Origin: Octopus vulgaris
Taxonomy: Eukaryota
Direction of reading: 5' to 3'
NCBI GenBank assembly: GCA_951406725.2
Contig: OX597817.1
Span: 66,960,001 to 67,024,000, forward strand
DNA: 64,000 nucleotides
Positions 23,330 to 36,952 of the stretch are shown in pieces. How positions within the stretch are numbered: the first letter of the stretch is position 1; the number at the start of each line of letters is the position of its first letter. Below the pieces are notes generated by a model. It had not been told where the DNA came from. It saw only the letters and a list, made by a program, of their open reading frames with translations, and made no database searches. The translations under genes were made by a program, and so were the position numbers.

Positions 23330-24010
23330 TTTTTTGACAGACCTACAATCCCAGATCGAGTGTAGACCAAAGCGGGGCACTTGAAACATTGACTACCATC
23401 AGGAACTCACAGCCTTCTGCCAGTCGGGCAATGCGATCGGCATATGCTTCACCATAGCGTTCTATAAAAGATTAGTGGTGGGAAGAGCGACAACGTATTC
23501 GGGAAAATTTAGGCATCGATGAAAATCAATTGGCAAGTCCTTTCTGACCGGCGTCCATGGCTAATTTCCAGAAATTTCTGACCTGGCAGTACAATAAGGG
23601 ATATTGTCGGTTTGGATAATTTATACAGGCATGGTAGTGTCGTCAGCTGCAGTGGCCCAAGATATACACGGAGCGACGAAGCCATTCTGCATGCGCTTGT
23701 ACTGTGCTCAAGCTTTGCTGACTTGTGGAAGCATGTTGAACAGTTGTTGTCCTGTGCAGGACGGATCCAGCTATCAGCTGTCTTCATTGTGAAGATCGCC
23801 CCACCGCCTTACTTTGGCTGGGAAAGTCAGTCAGTTTTCCTCTGTCTGCTGCATATGACAAAAATGGTTGTGTAGTGGGTGCGACTGAAAGGACTGAAGA
23901 CAAATATTTCCAACCATTCCTCATCACCTTTTTCAGGTGTAACTCCCCACTGAATTTGTCTTTGTATAGTCCTAAATGTTTTTTGCACTCCTTGTGACTA
24001 ATAAAGAAAG
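23330..24010 (+). mobile_element. 3' fragment of another Tx1-type LINE
   Basis: EAILHALVLC...LWKHVEQLLS is homologous to 18380-18600; tail CTCCTTGTGACTAATAAAGAA. Confidence 0.7.
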
Positions 24011-24055
24011 TATTAATATTATTAATATTGTTATTTTATTATCAAATATTTATAT

Positions 24056-24270
24056 GGCAGCGAACTAGCAGAACCGTTAGTACACCGGGCAAAAAAGAGT
24101 TTAGCAGCATTTTGTCTATCCTTACATTCTGAGTTCAAATTCTGCTGAGGTTGACTTTGCTTTTCATCCTTTCGGGTGTCGATAAAGTAAGTACCATTTA
24201 AGCGCTGGGGGTCAATGTAATTGACTTACACCTCCCCCAAACTGGCCAGCCTTGTACCAAAATTTGATAT
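24056..24270 (+). mobile_element. SINE family B, diverged copy
   Basis: Shared core GACTTTGCTTTTCATCCTTTCGGG. Confidence 0.75.
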
Positions 24271-26087
24271 AATTGTTAAGTATTCAATTACAAAGACTCC
24301 ACTTAAATACAAAAATAATGATGTTTATATATTTCAGACTGTGTAAAATGCATAGTAAGTCGTAGATAAAAGCAATGCCAACATCATTAATGAAACTATA
24401 TTGAGGATATGGTAAGTGTTTGTACTGATATTTTTTTCTGAATGCAAACATGGCTCTTTCCTCGTGAAATTCTCTTTGTAATTATGTAATTTTAGGTGTG
24501 ATCTCACTGTTTGGTTCTTTAGGAAGATGTCTTTTGTTGTAACCTCAGATTAACCAAAGCCTTGTGAGTGAAATTTGATGGTTGCAAACTGTGGAAGCTC
24601 GTCAGAGCTAGTGGATGGCAGACACAAATTACTGCTCAGTTTAACATCTGGCCCTTGAGTGCTTTTAGCAGTGTACACCCGTTTGCTAGTGTTCAGAACT
24701 AGGTCGCCAGTATAAAAATGCTCTCCTTGATCCTTGTCAATCTGAAGAATAATGGGCGCTGTTCTTCCTCTTCTGACAGTCCATTAAGAAGAAAAATGAA
24801 TTAAAATACTGAAATCCGAATTAGTAGATTTTCTCTTTAAATCACAATCATTGGAGAACTACTGACAGAGCAGTTAATGTCCATATCTCTTCAGAGTATG
24901 AACGTTTAGAGTCATTACCTGTTTGCTTAGCTCTAAATAGAATTTACTGGGATAGATTAAATTGTAAGAGAAGATCACTGTTGTGTTTGATGAATATTTT
25001 GTTAGCTTGGTTTTTTTTTTTTTGCTGAGGTTTTTCTAGAAATAAATATATTTAGGTCTGACTGTCTAGTTAGCTGTGAGAGGGAAGAGCTTTTCTCAGA
25101 CATTGTATTACACAATTGTTTAATGCATCCTTCTCGTTTTTAAAATGCTAGAGCATAATAATGAGGTTTGGCTGAAAATTTTAGCAAGTCAAGCTACCAG
25201 TAGAGGTTCCCTTATTAGCTCAAGCAGTTAAACAATAATGTCTTACTGTTGTGCCATGTTTAATCTGTTAAACAGACATTTTCCTCCTTGTTAAACATAT
25301 AAATTTATTAACAGAAACTTCGTAAGTTGCATATTCTACCACATCTAATATAAGAAAAGTATTTTGTCAAAACATATAGAACTAAATTATACGTCCATAA
25401 TTCTAACCATAATGTCTTTTAATTGCATACCCAAGGTTGAATGACCATTCCAACATTTGTAACATGAAGAAGATAGCGTATCAAGCTTCTGTGAGAGATA
25501 ACAGTGTGCTGAAATCATATATTGAACTGACACAAACCATTCAAGAAACAGTTTGCGCAACATATTCATTACTTTCATACGCATAAGCGTAAGGAAATGA
25601 TTTTGTTAGCATAGATAGGAAAACTCAAGAGCATAAGTATTAATTTCTATATAAAATGGTAGTAAATTAATCAGGTTAAGGCGTATAAAAATTCCACATA
25701 CACAATGCATATCAAGCGCAAAAGCATTTCAAATACTGTTTTCAAAAATACTTCTATTAAATAAACATATCAGCAATATTACACTATTTGTATATTCACC
25801 TCTAGCTGGTTAAGGCGAATAGTTTCAGAAGTAGAGGAGTACGTAGCACTGAGAAATAGAAATAATCACAAAATATTGATATCTGTTGCTTTCATTCAAT
25901 TTCAGGTCAATTTCGTTTTGTCGGCCTTGAAGTATGCTGTGTTTTTTAACGCAATCTTTAAAGAGATCTCCCTTAGATGAAGTACTGCAGCTTTGTAGCA
26001 TTTTTTAACACGAAATATACGTACACATACTTGCATATACATATACACACACACATATATATGAATATATATACATATATAATGTGC

Positions 26088-26172
<85 letters not shown>

Positions 26173-26649
26173 TAAATTAGAGATAAAACCACTATTAGGC
26201 AAATCAAACAATGAAAAACTTAAGCCAATACATAAAATTAATTAATTTATATTATTTCAAATATATATCAAAAGTATTAAAAGTTTAATAAGAGATAATG
26301 ATATATATATATAAAAGAAGTTTGAAAACACCACTATATAAGATAAATTTTAATTTTCTTAGAAATCTTACATGTTACGGTTCTTCTTGAAAACGAACCT
26401 TATCAAAAATATTTTAAAAAGTTAAGTGTAATAAAAAAGTTCATAATTTTTTCTTACTGGTCTCAACAGAATCCACGTGGTGGTTTTCTGTGGGGAGTAA
26501 GCATAATAGCTGTTTTATGTGTTCGAATAAAATAAGGAAATAGCCAGAGGCCGAAATGGCAGTAGCAGCAGTCACTTTATCTTATATAGTGGCGTTTTCA
26601 AACTTCTTTTTTATAAATATATACCCACACGTATACGACCTACACCTAT

Positions 26650-26740
<91 letters not shown>

Positions 26741-26769
26741 ATTATTTAATAGATTAAACACGTTTTTAT

Positions 26770-26824
26770 GTGCTACTAATAATTTCATATGTTGAGAAAT
26801 ATCTTAAACATATTCATCAGATAC
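26770..26824 (-). ncRNA. Hammerhead-like motif in a Penelope pLTR remnant
   Basis: GTAT-CTGATGA-ATATGTT...AACATAT-GAAAT-TATTA-GTA-GCAC; homologous copy at 52003-52030. Confidence 0.5.
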
Positions 26825-27007
26825 AAACCACATATCATAACGAACAAGAAGTTGAATGAGAAGGAACGCGGAAATTTGAGAAGGAAGCATATAGATACAT
26901 GTATTGTGTCTATTAGATAATATTTATCTCCCACCAGATGGAGTAGTTTTTTGTTGATCTTACCACCATAGAATAGTACATGTACATACAGCACACATCT
27001 ACATAAA

Positions 27008-27071
<64 letters not shown>

Positions 27072-27074
27072 GAG

Positions 27075-27290
27075 AGAAGTTCCCCTTTGGTTATGAATGA
27101 GCATGGGAGTGTACCTCGAAAGTTACCCTCCGAGGCACAAGACTGGCCAAGGTTGTTTATGGAAGGCCAGCAGTCGCCCATGCATACGAGACTCCAATCT
27201 CCAAACCACTGATGTTATCCAAGGGAAAAGCAAAGGCCGATACAGCTTGGCACCAGTGATGTCGCAACTCATTTCTACAGCTGAGTTAAC
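27075..27290 (-). mobile_element. SINE family C, partial
   Basis: Reverse complement of 49050-49250 and 52660-52860. Confidence 0.8.
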
Positions 27291-27291
27291 T

Positions 27292-27322
27292 TATGTATAT
27301 ATATGTGCATATATATATATAC

Positions 27323-27363
<41 letters not shown>

Positions 27364-27782
27364 TATGTGTATACATATATATACATATGTGTATACATAT
27401 ATATATATACATATGTGTATACATATATATATATATACATATGTGTATACATATATATATATACATATGTGTATACATATATATATACATATGTGTATAC
27501 ATATATATATACATATGTGTATACATATATATATATATACATATGTGTATACATATATATATATATATACATATGTGTATACATATATATATATACATAT
27601 GTATATACATATATATATGCATATACATATATATACATGTGCATATACATATGTATATACATATATACATGTATATACATATATACATATATACATATAT
27701 ATACATATATATATATATACATATATATACATATATACATATATACATACACATGTATATATATACATATATATTCACACAT
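27292..27782. repeat. TA/CA/TG compound microsatellite with a ~22-26-bp higher-order unit
   Basis: Unit ACATATGTGTATACATATATAT(AT)n repeated. Confidence 0.95.
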
Positions 27783-28949
27783 GATTGAGTTTCAGTTGAA
27801 TAAGTTACCTAAGTTGAAACACCAAAAATTAGTGCGGTATTATCCGTACAACTCAAAATAAGGTGAATAAAATCAAGCGGCTTCATTTAATTGAACAATG
27901 AAATCATTATATCAATTTAAATGCAGGGCTATCCTCAGTTGCATAAATAAATAAATAGAATTTTTTAATCAGTCGGACACATTAATATAATTTTACTTAA
28001 ATACTCTAATAGAGTAAGAAGACAGACAAAGTCCATGCTGCCACCACTTCAGCTTAGAATTTACTAGACATCAAGAAAAAAACATTTGTTGGGGGTCATA
28101 GCTTGTAACGGATTTTAGGTCAGTTTTAATTTAATAGTCTTCTCTATCAATTACCAGATCTAAGACTAGAGGATTGTCTGTCAGGAAAGGGCAGGAGAGA
28201 GTTGACAGAACATAGTGGGTAAGGTTATAAAACTTCAAGATTATTTTGAAGTAGTATAAATTAACTGACTATAAATAGACTGGGTAGTGGAAGAGCTCAA
28301 ATCAAGATTTTAATTACCATTTAAAGGAGCAAGACGCTAATAAAACCAATGATGATAATACAGAGGAAATTTTATCAAGGGGTACTATAGGTGATTGATT
28401 TTAAACAATATTGTTATCTGTATAAAGATAAAATTTAGGATTATCAAGAAAGATATAACCAAAAAGCTAAATTTTGTATATATAACAAAATTTTCAACAA
28501 TAGAGAGAGAAAATTACATAGAATGAGTATAATATTCATTCATATTCTTTATTTACTTATTGGGTGGTATCTATAAAGACTGATCTAAGTATTTACTAAT
28601 GGAATACTGACCAAATAAAGCATTCTAACTATATATCAATTATGAGCTAAGAGGTATAAGTTGTTAAGTTATCAGTGCAAATACATACATGATAATATAG
28701 TTTCCTAAGGGTACATAATTAGGAGGTCTACTTACATAAAAGGCTTTATAAAAATATGATCAGTAGGGTGGAACACTGTGGAAAGGAATAAATAGTTTAA
28801 TTACTAAAACCATGATGAAGTTAGACTAACTAGGCAGGAATATTCATAGGATAGTAACTCTATGCAGCACACTAACTTGCTATACTAAATAGCTTATATT
28901 ATATGCAATGTACTTTAATTCATCATATAAATCAATATCACGGTAAGTA

Positions 28950-29190
28950 TAATCAAATACAACACTAAAATTTAAAAATTAGTTTCCATCAATCCAGTTC
29001 GAGCACAACACCTATAAAACGCTAATTTCGAAAATATTTAAATGTACGGGTGACACTTTGTACACAAGATACCCTTAGATCTAATGTATTGTTAATCAGG
29101 TTGCTCTTGTCCTTGTGCTTAAAAATCTCATATGTTTCCATAGAGCACAGCTCGTACCCGTATCTACTATTTCTATAAGGTTAATAATAA

Positions 29191-29268
<78 letters not shown>

Positions 29269-31450
29269 GATAAAGAGGTAATAATACTAATAATAATATT
29301 AATAAAATTATTATTATTATCACCTCTTGCTAGTTTTATATTCTTCTTATTTAACTTAGCTATGATGGTACCCATATTAGGAAGAGTAGAATACGAGATT
29401 CTGTCTTAAGGGAAAAAATTGTTATATCTATTGGAAGCAGGGAAGTTTTCTTCTAAAATAGCCATAAATTTCCTATATATGTTTGTGGATATGGCACAGT
29501 TGTAAGGAACGTTGAAGCAGACGAGATCCTTACTTTCAAACTTACGGTGTAAGTAAAGGCGAGATCTACCTGCTCTTTCACTGCCTCTCCCCTCCAGAAT
29601 CGTGACATGATTATTAGGTATGTCACCATTAAAAATATTTTTCATATCTATGTAGGGTGGAGTAACCAGCTCATTCTCTTCACTACCTTTATTATCTAAC
29701 CTAATCTTCCTACCAGTTTTAGCATCTAATTTCCTGTTTTTGCTTATTTTATTATTATTTAAATTGTTGGATTTGTAGAATGCTTTCCTATTTGATATGT
29801 TTTCACTACTAAGTAAGTTAGTAATCCCCCTATCACTCAAACTTTCATTATTTTCACTATTAATAGGTACTATACTTTCAGGATTAAGAAAAGTAATTTT
29901 CTGGTCTTATCCTGCCTCAGACAAAGCAAAGTTGTAGTGGTGGGAATGGGTATTAAAAATATCCTTATTTGCTGTTAATTTTGTAATTCTCCTAGAAATA
30001 CTTTTAACTACCAATTTTAACACATTAGTGGGGTGATTTGATAATTTGCTCACGTATCTCGTAACTTCACTTGGTCTCCTATAGGGGTGGTATAATCCTG
30101 AGCGAGCTGACAGAAACGTTAGCACGCCGGGCGAAATGCTTAGCGGTATTTCGTCTGCCGCTACGTTCTGAGTTCAAATTCCGCCGAGGTCAACTTTGCC
30201 TTTCATCCTTTCGGGGTCGATTAAATAAGTACCAGTTACGCACTGGGGTCGATATAATCGACTTAATCCTTTGTCCCCACTGTGTTTAGTCCCTTGTGGG
30301 TAGTAAATAAATAGGTATAATCCTGAGCTAATGTCTAAAATAGTATCTAAGAAATTTGCTACCTTTGTACCGTATTCCTACGTAGTACCTAAGTTGAAGC
30401 TTTTAAAAAATTTTCAATTTTTTTTTCTCATTCGTTCTATGACTGATTTGTTGTTGCCAGGGATGATAAATAGAGCATCATCTCTATATAAACCTCCCTG
30501 CAATTCAGGAATTTCTCTGTTGAAGCACCTTAAAAGATACGCACCAACTAGATTAGTGATTTCAGCCGAATCACTCAAGCCCATAGCTATATCGAAATTA
30601 TCAGGGGTATCAGACCTCGTCCAAAGCTTACCCTCAAATTCTGATAGTCCTCCTGGCTAAAAGAATGGCGTCAATTTTATCTCTAGATATAAGAGAGAGG
30701 TTTTTTGCGAAAATTAGAGATTTGTTAAGAAGAATAGAAGATATACTGGAATAATAACTGTTAATGCCATATTGAATAAACGAATGATTACGTATGTTTT
30801 CAATGGATTTAAACCAATATATTACTTCAACCGTATCAAATCATAATTTGAGAGATAGATTAGGAATTATTAGGGGTAGTATAGTATCCAGAATAGATTT
30901 GTCAAGTCAAGTAATATCGGACTTAGTCGGGCAAATTAGTCTAACAGCAGGATTATCATGGAAGTTCTTCTTATGTTCCTTGAGGTTAATCCTTGGTTCA
31001 CTTGGTTTTAAGATTTCAGTCCTGTCTGCTAAGTCATATTCCATCATAACTTTCTTAGTTTTAAGTTAATGTCCAATTGATTCTTTTTCGTCGTTATTTT
31101 ATATTTAGCGTTGAGTTCCTTCATTACTAGTCTCCTATAGTCCATTCTATATAAGTTTGCAGTTTTATCCGCAGGTACAAGTATTCCTGGCTGGTCTGCA
31201 ATGATTTCATAAAATCCTTAAGCTTCCTCAGATGCAAGTTTTTCTAAGTGGGTGCGCCTTGAATTTTACATTAGCTATTAGTTCCAATAAGTCTTTTTCA
31301 AAATTTTCTAGTAGTTGGCTAGGCGGAGGAATTTTTTTGCTTTTGAATATCTTCAATAATATGTTTCTAGGGTTCTATTTTTCTTATTAGCCTCATGATA
31401 GTAAGCTATCCACCTCATCCTCCGAACAAACTCATTTGTCCTATGGATTA
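28950..31450 (-). mobile_element. Penelope-like element, decayed RT region with a nested SINE
   Basis: Minus-strand fragments GGLYRDDALFII, FLDTILDI, SNHPTNVLK and CFNVPYN, plus an (AAT)n Asn run. Confidence 0.8.
30104..30313 (+). mobile_element. SINE family B monomer inserted in Penelope RT
   Basis: 15-bp TSD GGTATAATCCTGAGC (30089-30103, 30314-30328). Confidence 0.9.
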
Positions 31451-31477
31451 GCAGCCTATGGATTTTATACACACTAG

Positions 31478-31511
<34 letters not shown>

Positions 31512-31692
31512 CAAATATATATACACACATATATGTATATATATTTACATATATATATACATGTATACATATACAGACACACACATATATATATATACAC
31601 GTACATATATATATATATATATATACATGCATATATATATACATATATACAAATATATATACATATATATGCACACACATATATGTATATAC

Positions 31693-31727
<35 letters not shown>

Positions 31728-31849
31728 CATATATGTATATATACATATATATATGTATATATGTATGTATATATACAGATATATATAGATATATATGTGT
31801 AAATATACATATATATGTGTAAATATACATATATATGTGTAAATAAATA

Positions 31850-33120
31850 AATGGAGTTAAACGCAGGTGTTATTCAAATTATTTTACTTCCGACACATGT
31901 TTCGAAGATTTCACTAGTATTATTCCAAAAGAATAAAATGGTGTAAAACAATGTAATTTTCTCTTCAGGCAAATGAAGAAATGAAACTCATCAATAAGAC
32001 ATTTTAATAGAAAATGATCGATATGTATAGTGATTAACTGAACGCTATTAAGTTTATTAAAAAAAAACGTTATAGGATATAACGTCAAAGGTAGCGTATA
32101 GAAAGAGGCGGGGTAATGGAAAGAAAAACCAAATAAATGAGAAGTATATAACTATATGTATAAAACCATATAGACTTGGAAATAGATATATCTAGTGAAT
32201 GTGAAATGTAAGAAGAAAATTAATGTTTAAATTATATATAATGATTGATATCACTTATATGAACTAAAGGTGTGTTTCTTCCATTGTTTATATCGATATG
32301 CACGCTCTATAACCGTGTTCACAAAGGGATTTTATTTCAAAGGAATACAAAATAGTTCAGAATTACAGAGAAGACAGAATTCCTTGCCTTTGTCATAAGG
32401 TATCGAGATTGAGAGAATCAACCAATCTAAATTAAATTGTTTATTGTGGTCTTCTAGATACCAAATTATTTTACTAATCCCTGTACTGTTACGTTTATTC
32501 CTATCCCTAAATGTAGAGTAATGATTAGAAATTCTTTTAGATAACTGAGATGAGCTGCCTATATAAAAAATACTTCATTACCAGAAGTAATTTTATACTG
32601 ATATATAGAATTTTTAATTTTAAAGTTACTTGACATAAACTTGATTAACTTATAATTGACTTCAGATACAATGGCCTTGTTATTAATATTTCTAGGGGGA
32701 TGGATGGTATTAGCTAAATTAATGTTAGTATTAGTAAATGTATCGATATTTAACAGGTTAAAATTATGTGAAAAGATAATTTATAAGATATTTTTTGTGT
32801 TGGAAAAAACCAATCCTAACCGTGTGTGAGTAGATGATAGAGTAATACCTAGAATTCTTTGGAAAATTCCTAATAGCTTCACGAAACTACAAAGGAAGAT
32901 TAGATTTAATTTGCCTCCTGTAAGGAATAATTAACCAAATGTTTTTACTATTAGTTACCTTATTTTTAGTGTAACTATCTTTGAAAGACATAGATTTACC
33001 TTTAGAACTAAAATAGGGGATTAAATAAGGGTTATCTTCCTTCCTCTGTTTGGTGTTGGCGTATAAATTGACATTGATATCGCTTATATCCTTACAACTA
33101 GATTTCATATCTCTTTCTAT
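31850..33120 (-). mobile_element. Penelope-like 3' fragment (GIY-YIG and pLTR), related to 6300-8000
   Basis: KNSIYQYKITSGNEVFFYIGS...SKRISNHYSTFRD and KNIWLIIPYRRQIKSNLPL match ORF 6936-7994. Confidence 0.85.
31888..31972 (-). ncRNA. Minimal type I hammerhead ribozyme of a Penelope pLTR
   Basis: TTGC-CTGAAGA-GAAAATT...AATCTTC-GAAAC-ATGT-GTC-GGAA, at the position equivalent to 6348-6425. Confidence 0.65.
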
Positions 33121-33135
33121 AGGCTACGTTTGACG

Positions 33136-33571
33136 TATAATGGAAGGCAAGGTTTACGATATCATGAAAATATCACCTTCTCCCATTATATCTTGTTCTT
33201 TGCGTAGTTCAGGCTCCGGCAGGCGAAGAAAGAAGTCTTTAAGCACAAATGCAATTTACAACTGGTTTATTTACAAGTTTCACAGAACAGGTGAAGTGCG
33301 TTGCTCTCAGCAACCATCTCGAGTTGTATGCGTGGCGTTGTATCTCCATTAGTGCGGGTACATTGTCTCTGGGGGTACAACATGTAGTCAGGTCCAGCCA
33401 GTGAAGTGTGCTCAGCAAGCGCTGCTGCGGAGAAGCGGAGAGAGAGAGAGTGAATCTGTTTCTGTTTTGCCCTGTTTCTGTTTTGTCCTTAGGTGTCGCT
33501 CTAGTCTCGGAGATAGCGATGGCTGCCGCGAGATCACATCCAATATGGCACTGACTGCTTGTGCCGCTACA
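33136..33571 (-). repeat. 3' LTR
   Basis: Direct repeat of 38226-38450 plus 38859-38968; begins TGTAGC on the minus strand after the purine tract. Confidence 0.85.
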
Positions 33572-33837
33572 AGGGCTCCCCACTGAGTGCGGCAGTGCGA
33601 AAACATAATAACTGGAGCAGGCACAAGTAAGAGCAAAGATGGTAATTGATCGCAACCAATAAGATATGGTACAAAAATGTGACAAGTCAAATAGAAAAAT
33701 AATTGCAAGAAATATAAATTGGCATGCACAAAATTGGACAAAATGTTCAATGGCAGAGTATTGAAACAGTTCAGTAACACAAGAAAGCAATTGTCTGTCA
33801 CAGAAAACACAAAAGAGATTGTCAGATATAAATAGTT

Positions 33838-36800
33838 TTAGTGAGTTTTCTTGGGCCAATGCACAGTGCGGCCAGTCCTGGTGACATAGGGTTTGTTCGT
33901 GTTAGGTAGTGGTGACGAAGGTGTAGGTGATGATGGGGTCAAAGGTGCATGTGAAGGTGGATGTGTAGGTGGTTGTAAAGGATTAAAGGTGGGCTTGTTT
34001 GGGGTGTCATCAAAGGGTGTGGACACCTAAAAATGTGTCCTTTTAAATCTGTCAACCGTCACGGTCTCTACCCGACCATTGATGTCGAGACTAAATGGTC
34101 CCTTATAAGGAGAAACGAGAAGTCCTCTGACAGAATCATCCCGAACAAAAACATTAGTCCATTTGTCAATGTCTGGTGGGACATGAGAGGGAATAGACTG
34201 GTCGCGTAGATGCATGAGTGGAAGACTTGAGAAATACGAGCGAAGTCTGGTGACATTGGATCAGGAGGCGATAAGTTGTCTGGCGCTAACATTGTACCAG
34301 GGAGCTCCAGGGTGGTACCGTAAAGGAGTTCAGCAGAGGAGAAACCTAAGTCTGCTTCAACAGCAGTGCGACAACCAAGAAGAATGATAGGCAGAAATTC
34401 TGTCCAAGACTGCGGATCAGAAGTGGCGAGTTGGGCGGCCTTCAGTTGCCTCAGAAAACGTTCGACCATCCCGTTGGAGTCCGGGTGGTAGCTGGTCGTA
34501 CGAATGTAATGAACTCCTAGGATTTGTGATAATTCACGAAATAGGAAAGCCTCGAACTGGCGTCAGCGATCAGTGGTTATTTTAGCTGGGACACCAAAGC
34601 GAGCAATCCAGTTAGAAACAAAAGCTCGAGCAACTGACTCAGCAGAAATGTCCACTACTGGAATGGCTTCTGGCCAACGAAAGAAACGATCGACGCATGT
34701 CAATATGTAAGAGAAACCGCGACTGACAGGCTATCGTCCAACCAGATCAATGTGGACGTGGCGAAAGCGAGTCTCCGGAGGAGAGAACTGTCCAAGAGGA
34801 GCGCGAATATGCCTGTGGATTTTAGAACGCTGGCATTTTACACAAGAGTGTGACCAATCGGTGATCATCCGGCGCATATTAGGCTATAAAAATCGAGCCA
34901 GAATAAGCTTCACCGAGGCAGCGACGCCATGATGTGACAGTGAATGCAAGGCATCAAAAACGGAGCGCTGGTGGTTTTCAGGTACAAACGGTCTGGGAGA
35001 ACCAGTAGCTGTGTCACAAAGGATTGTGCCTTCAGCAGTCGGAAGTGGGAAGTAGGCAAACTTGCAACAGGACAACTTGGTAGAAGCTAAATCCAAAGTG
35101 TTCGGAGCTGGCTGATCCTGCGCAATGGCAGTTAAATTGAATGCAGCAGGAGATGAAAGGAAACACACAGGAAGACGAGAGAGTGCGTCAGCAGGCATGT
35201 TCTCTGTTCCAGGTATGTGCCGAATGTCACTCGTGAACTGGGAAATGTAGTCCAGGTGACAAAAAGCACGAGGCGAGTGTTTGTCCGATTTAGATGACAG
35301 AGCAAACACAAGAAGCTTGTGATCAGTATAAACCACAAAATTTCGGCCCTCGAGTTGATGTTGAAAATGATGAACTGACAGGTATCTCGCGTTCAAAAGT
35401 ACTGTACCGACGTTCAGCTGGCTTTAATTGACGAGAAAAAACGCTAAAGGTTTAGTCTGATTGTCTACGGTGTACTGTAAAACAGCACCAACCGCAGAAT
35501 CCGATGCATCAACGGTCAAAAAGAAAGGAGTATCGGGAACCGGATGTGCAAGCAAAGGAACAGAAGCTATATCTTTCTTGATTGACACAAAAGCAGATAA
35601 TGCCTCGGCAGATAAAGTAATAGAATTCTTTTTTGTATTTGCTTTCAATAGCTGAGTCAAGGGAAGTAACTTGTCTGCACAGTCACGAATTTATCGTCTG
35701 TAGAAGTTGACGACTCCCAAAATGTGGCGGAGTTGGATGAGTTGGCGTAGTAAACTAGGGGGTGCGATGCGCTGAATTGCATCGACTTTGGAAGAGAGAG
35801 GTCTGATACCATTTGAGTCGATATAATTCCCCAGAAATTCCAGATAGGACTACCCGAAAACACACTTACCGGGGTTGGTTTGCACATTGTAGGCGCGAAG
35901 ACGCTGAAAGAGTTGATTTAAGTATTCGAGGTGATTCTCACGCGTGTCGCTTGCAATGAGTATGTCATCAACGTAAGCGAACACAAAATCAAGTCCACGG
36001 ACAACTTCATCGATAAATCTTTGGAACGTGCTCGTGGTGTTCTGCAAACCGAAGCTCATAAAAAGGAACTCGAAGCTGCCAAAGGGAGTAGTGATGGAAG
36101 TTTTTGGTACGTCCTCAAGATTGACTGGTATTTGATGATAGGCACGAACGAGGTCGACCTTAGAAAAAATAGTACAACCATGCAAATTAGAGAAGTTTTA
36201 GAGATTTCGTATGGGATAGCCATCGGGAACAGTGACCGCATTCAAACGTCTATAATCCCCCACCGGGCGAAAATCAGAATCCCCTTTTCGTGCCAAATGA
36301 AGGGGAAATGTCCAAGAGCTGGTGGAGGGGCGAATAAGGCCAAGCTGGAGCATACGCTCAAATTCGGACCTAGCCTTCTTAAGACGTTCAGGAGCAAGTC
36401 GCTGCGGGCGTGAAAAGACAGGCGGCCTAGTGGTGGTAATATAGAGGAGGGTCGAGTGAGTAGGTTTTGCCATTTGGAATAGCTGATCCATGAGCTCTAG
36501 GAAGGAAGCTAAGAGTGAGTGAAATGCATCAGCAGCAGTGACAACAAAAAATGAAGGACTGAGAACAGCATTGGTAGTGGCCTTTGCAGGTGTAGACAAG
36601 GACGTAGAACCATCTACAAGTCTCTGTCGCCTAACATCTACCGATAGATTAAAATTGTTCAAAATGTCCGCACCCAGAATAGGATGTGGGAGATCAGCTA
36701 TGACAAAAATCCACCCAAAATCCCGGCGAAGATTAATGTCAATATGTAATGAAATTTGACCATAAGTCGTAATGAGAGACCAATTGACTGCGTGCAAGGT

Positions 36801-36905
36801 GATCTCTGAACGCTTTGGCTTGTCTGTAGTGAGACACAAAGGCCAAATAGAGCAACTAAAACCCGTGTCAACCATAAACGCCTCACCAGACACGCGGTCC
36901 TTCAC
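33838..36905 (-). pseudogene. Gypsy pol pseudogene (protease, RT, RNase H, integrase)
   Basis: Motifs [38 protein letters not shown] and MVERFLRQLK, with multiple frameshifts. Confidence 0.92.
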
Positions 36906-36952
36906 AAAAAATGTACGAGTGAGTTTTAATTAGCCGGAAGTGCTTGACGTGC

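Noticed and set aside
26360-26412. Minus-strand hammerhead remnant TTGATAA-GGTTC...GAACC-GTAAC-AT-GTA
   Set aside because: Several catalytic core positions are mutated; at most a fossil.
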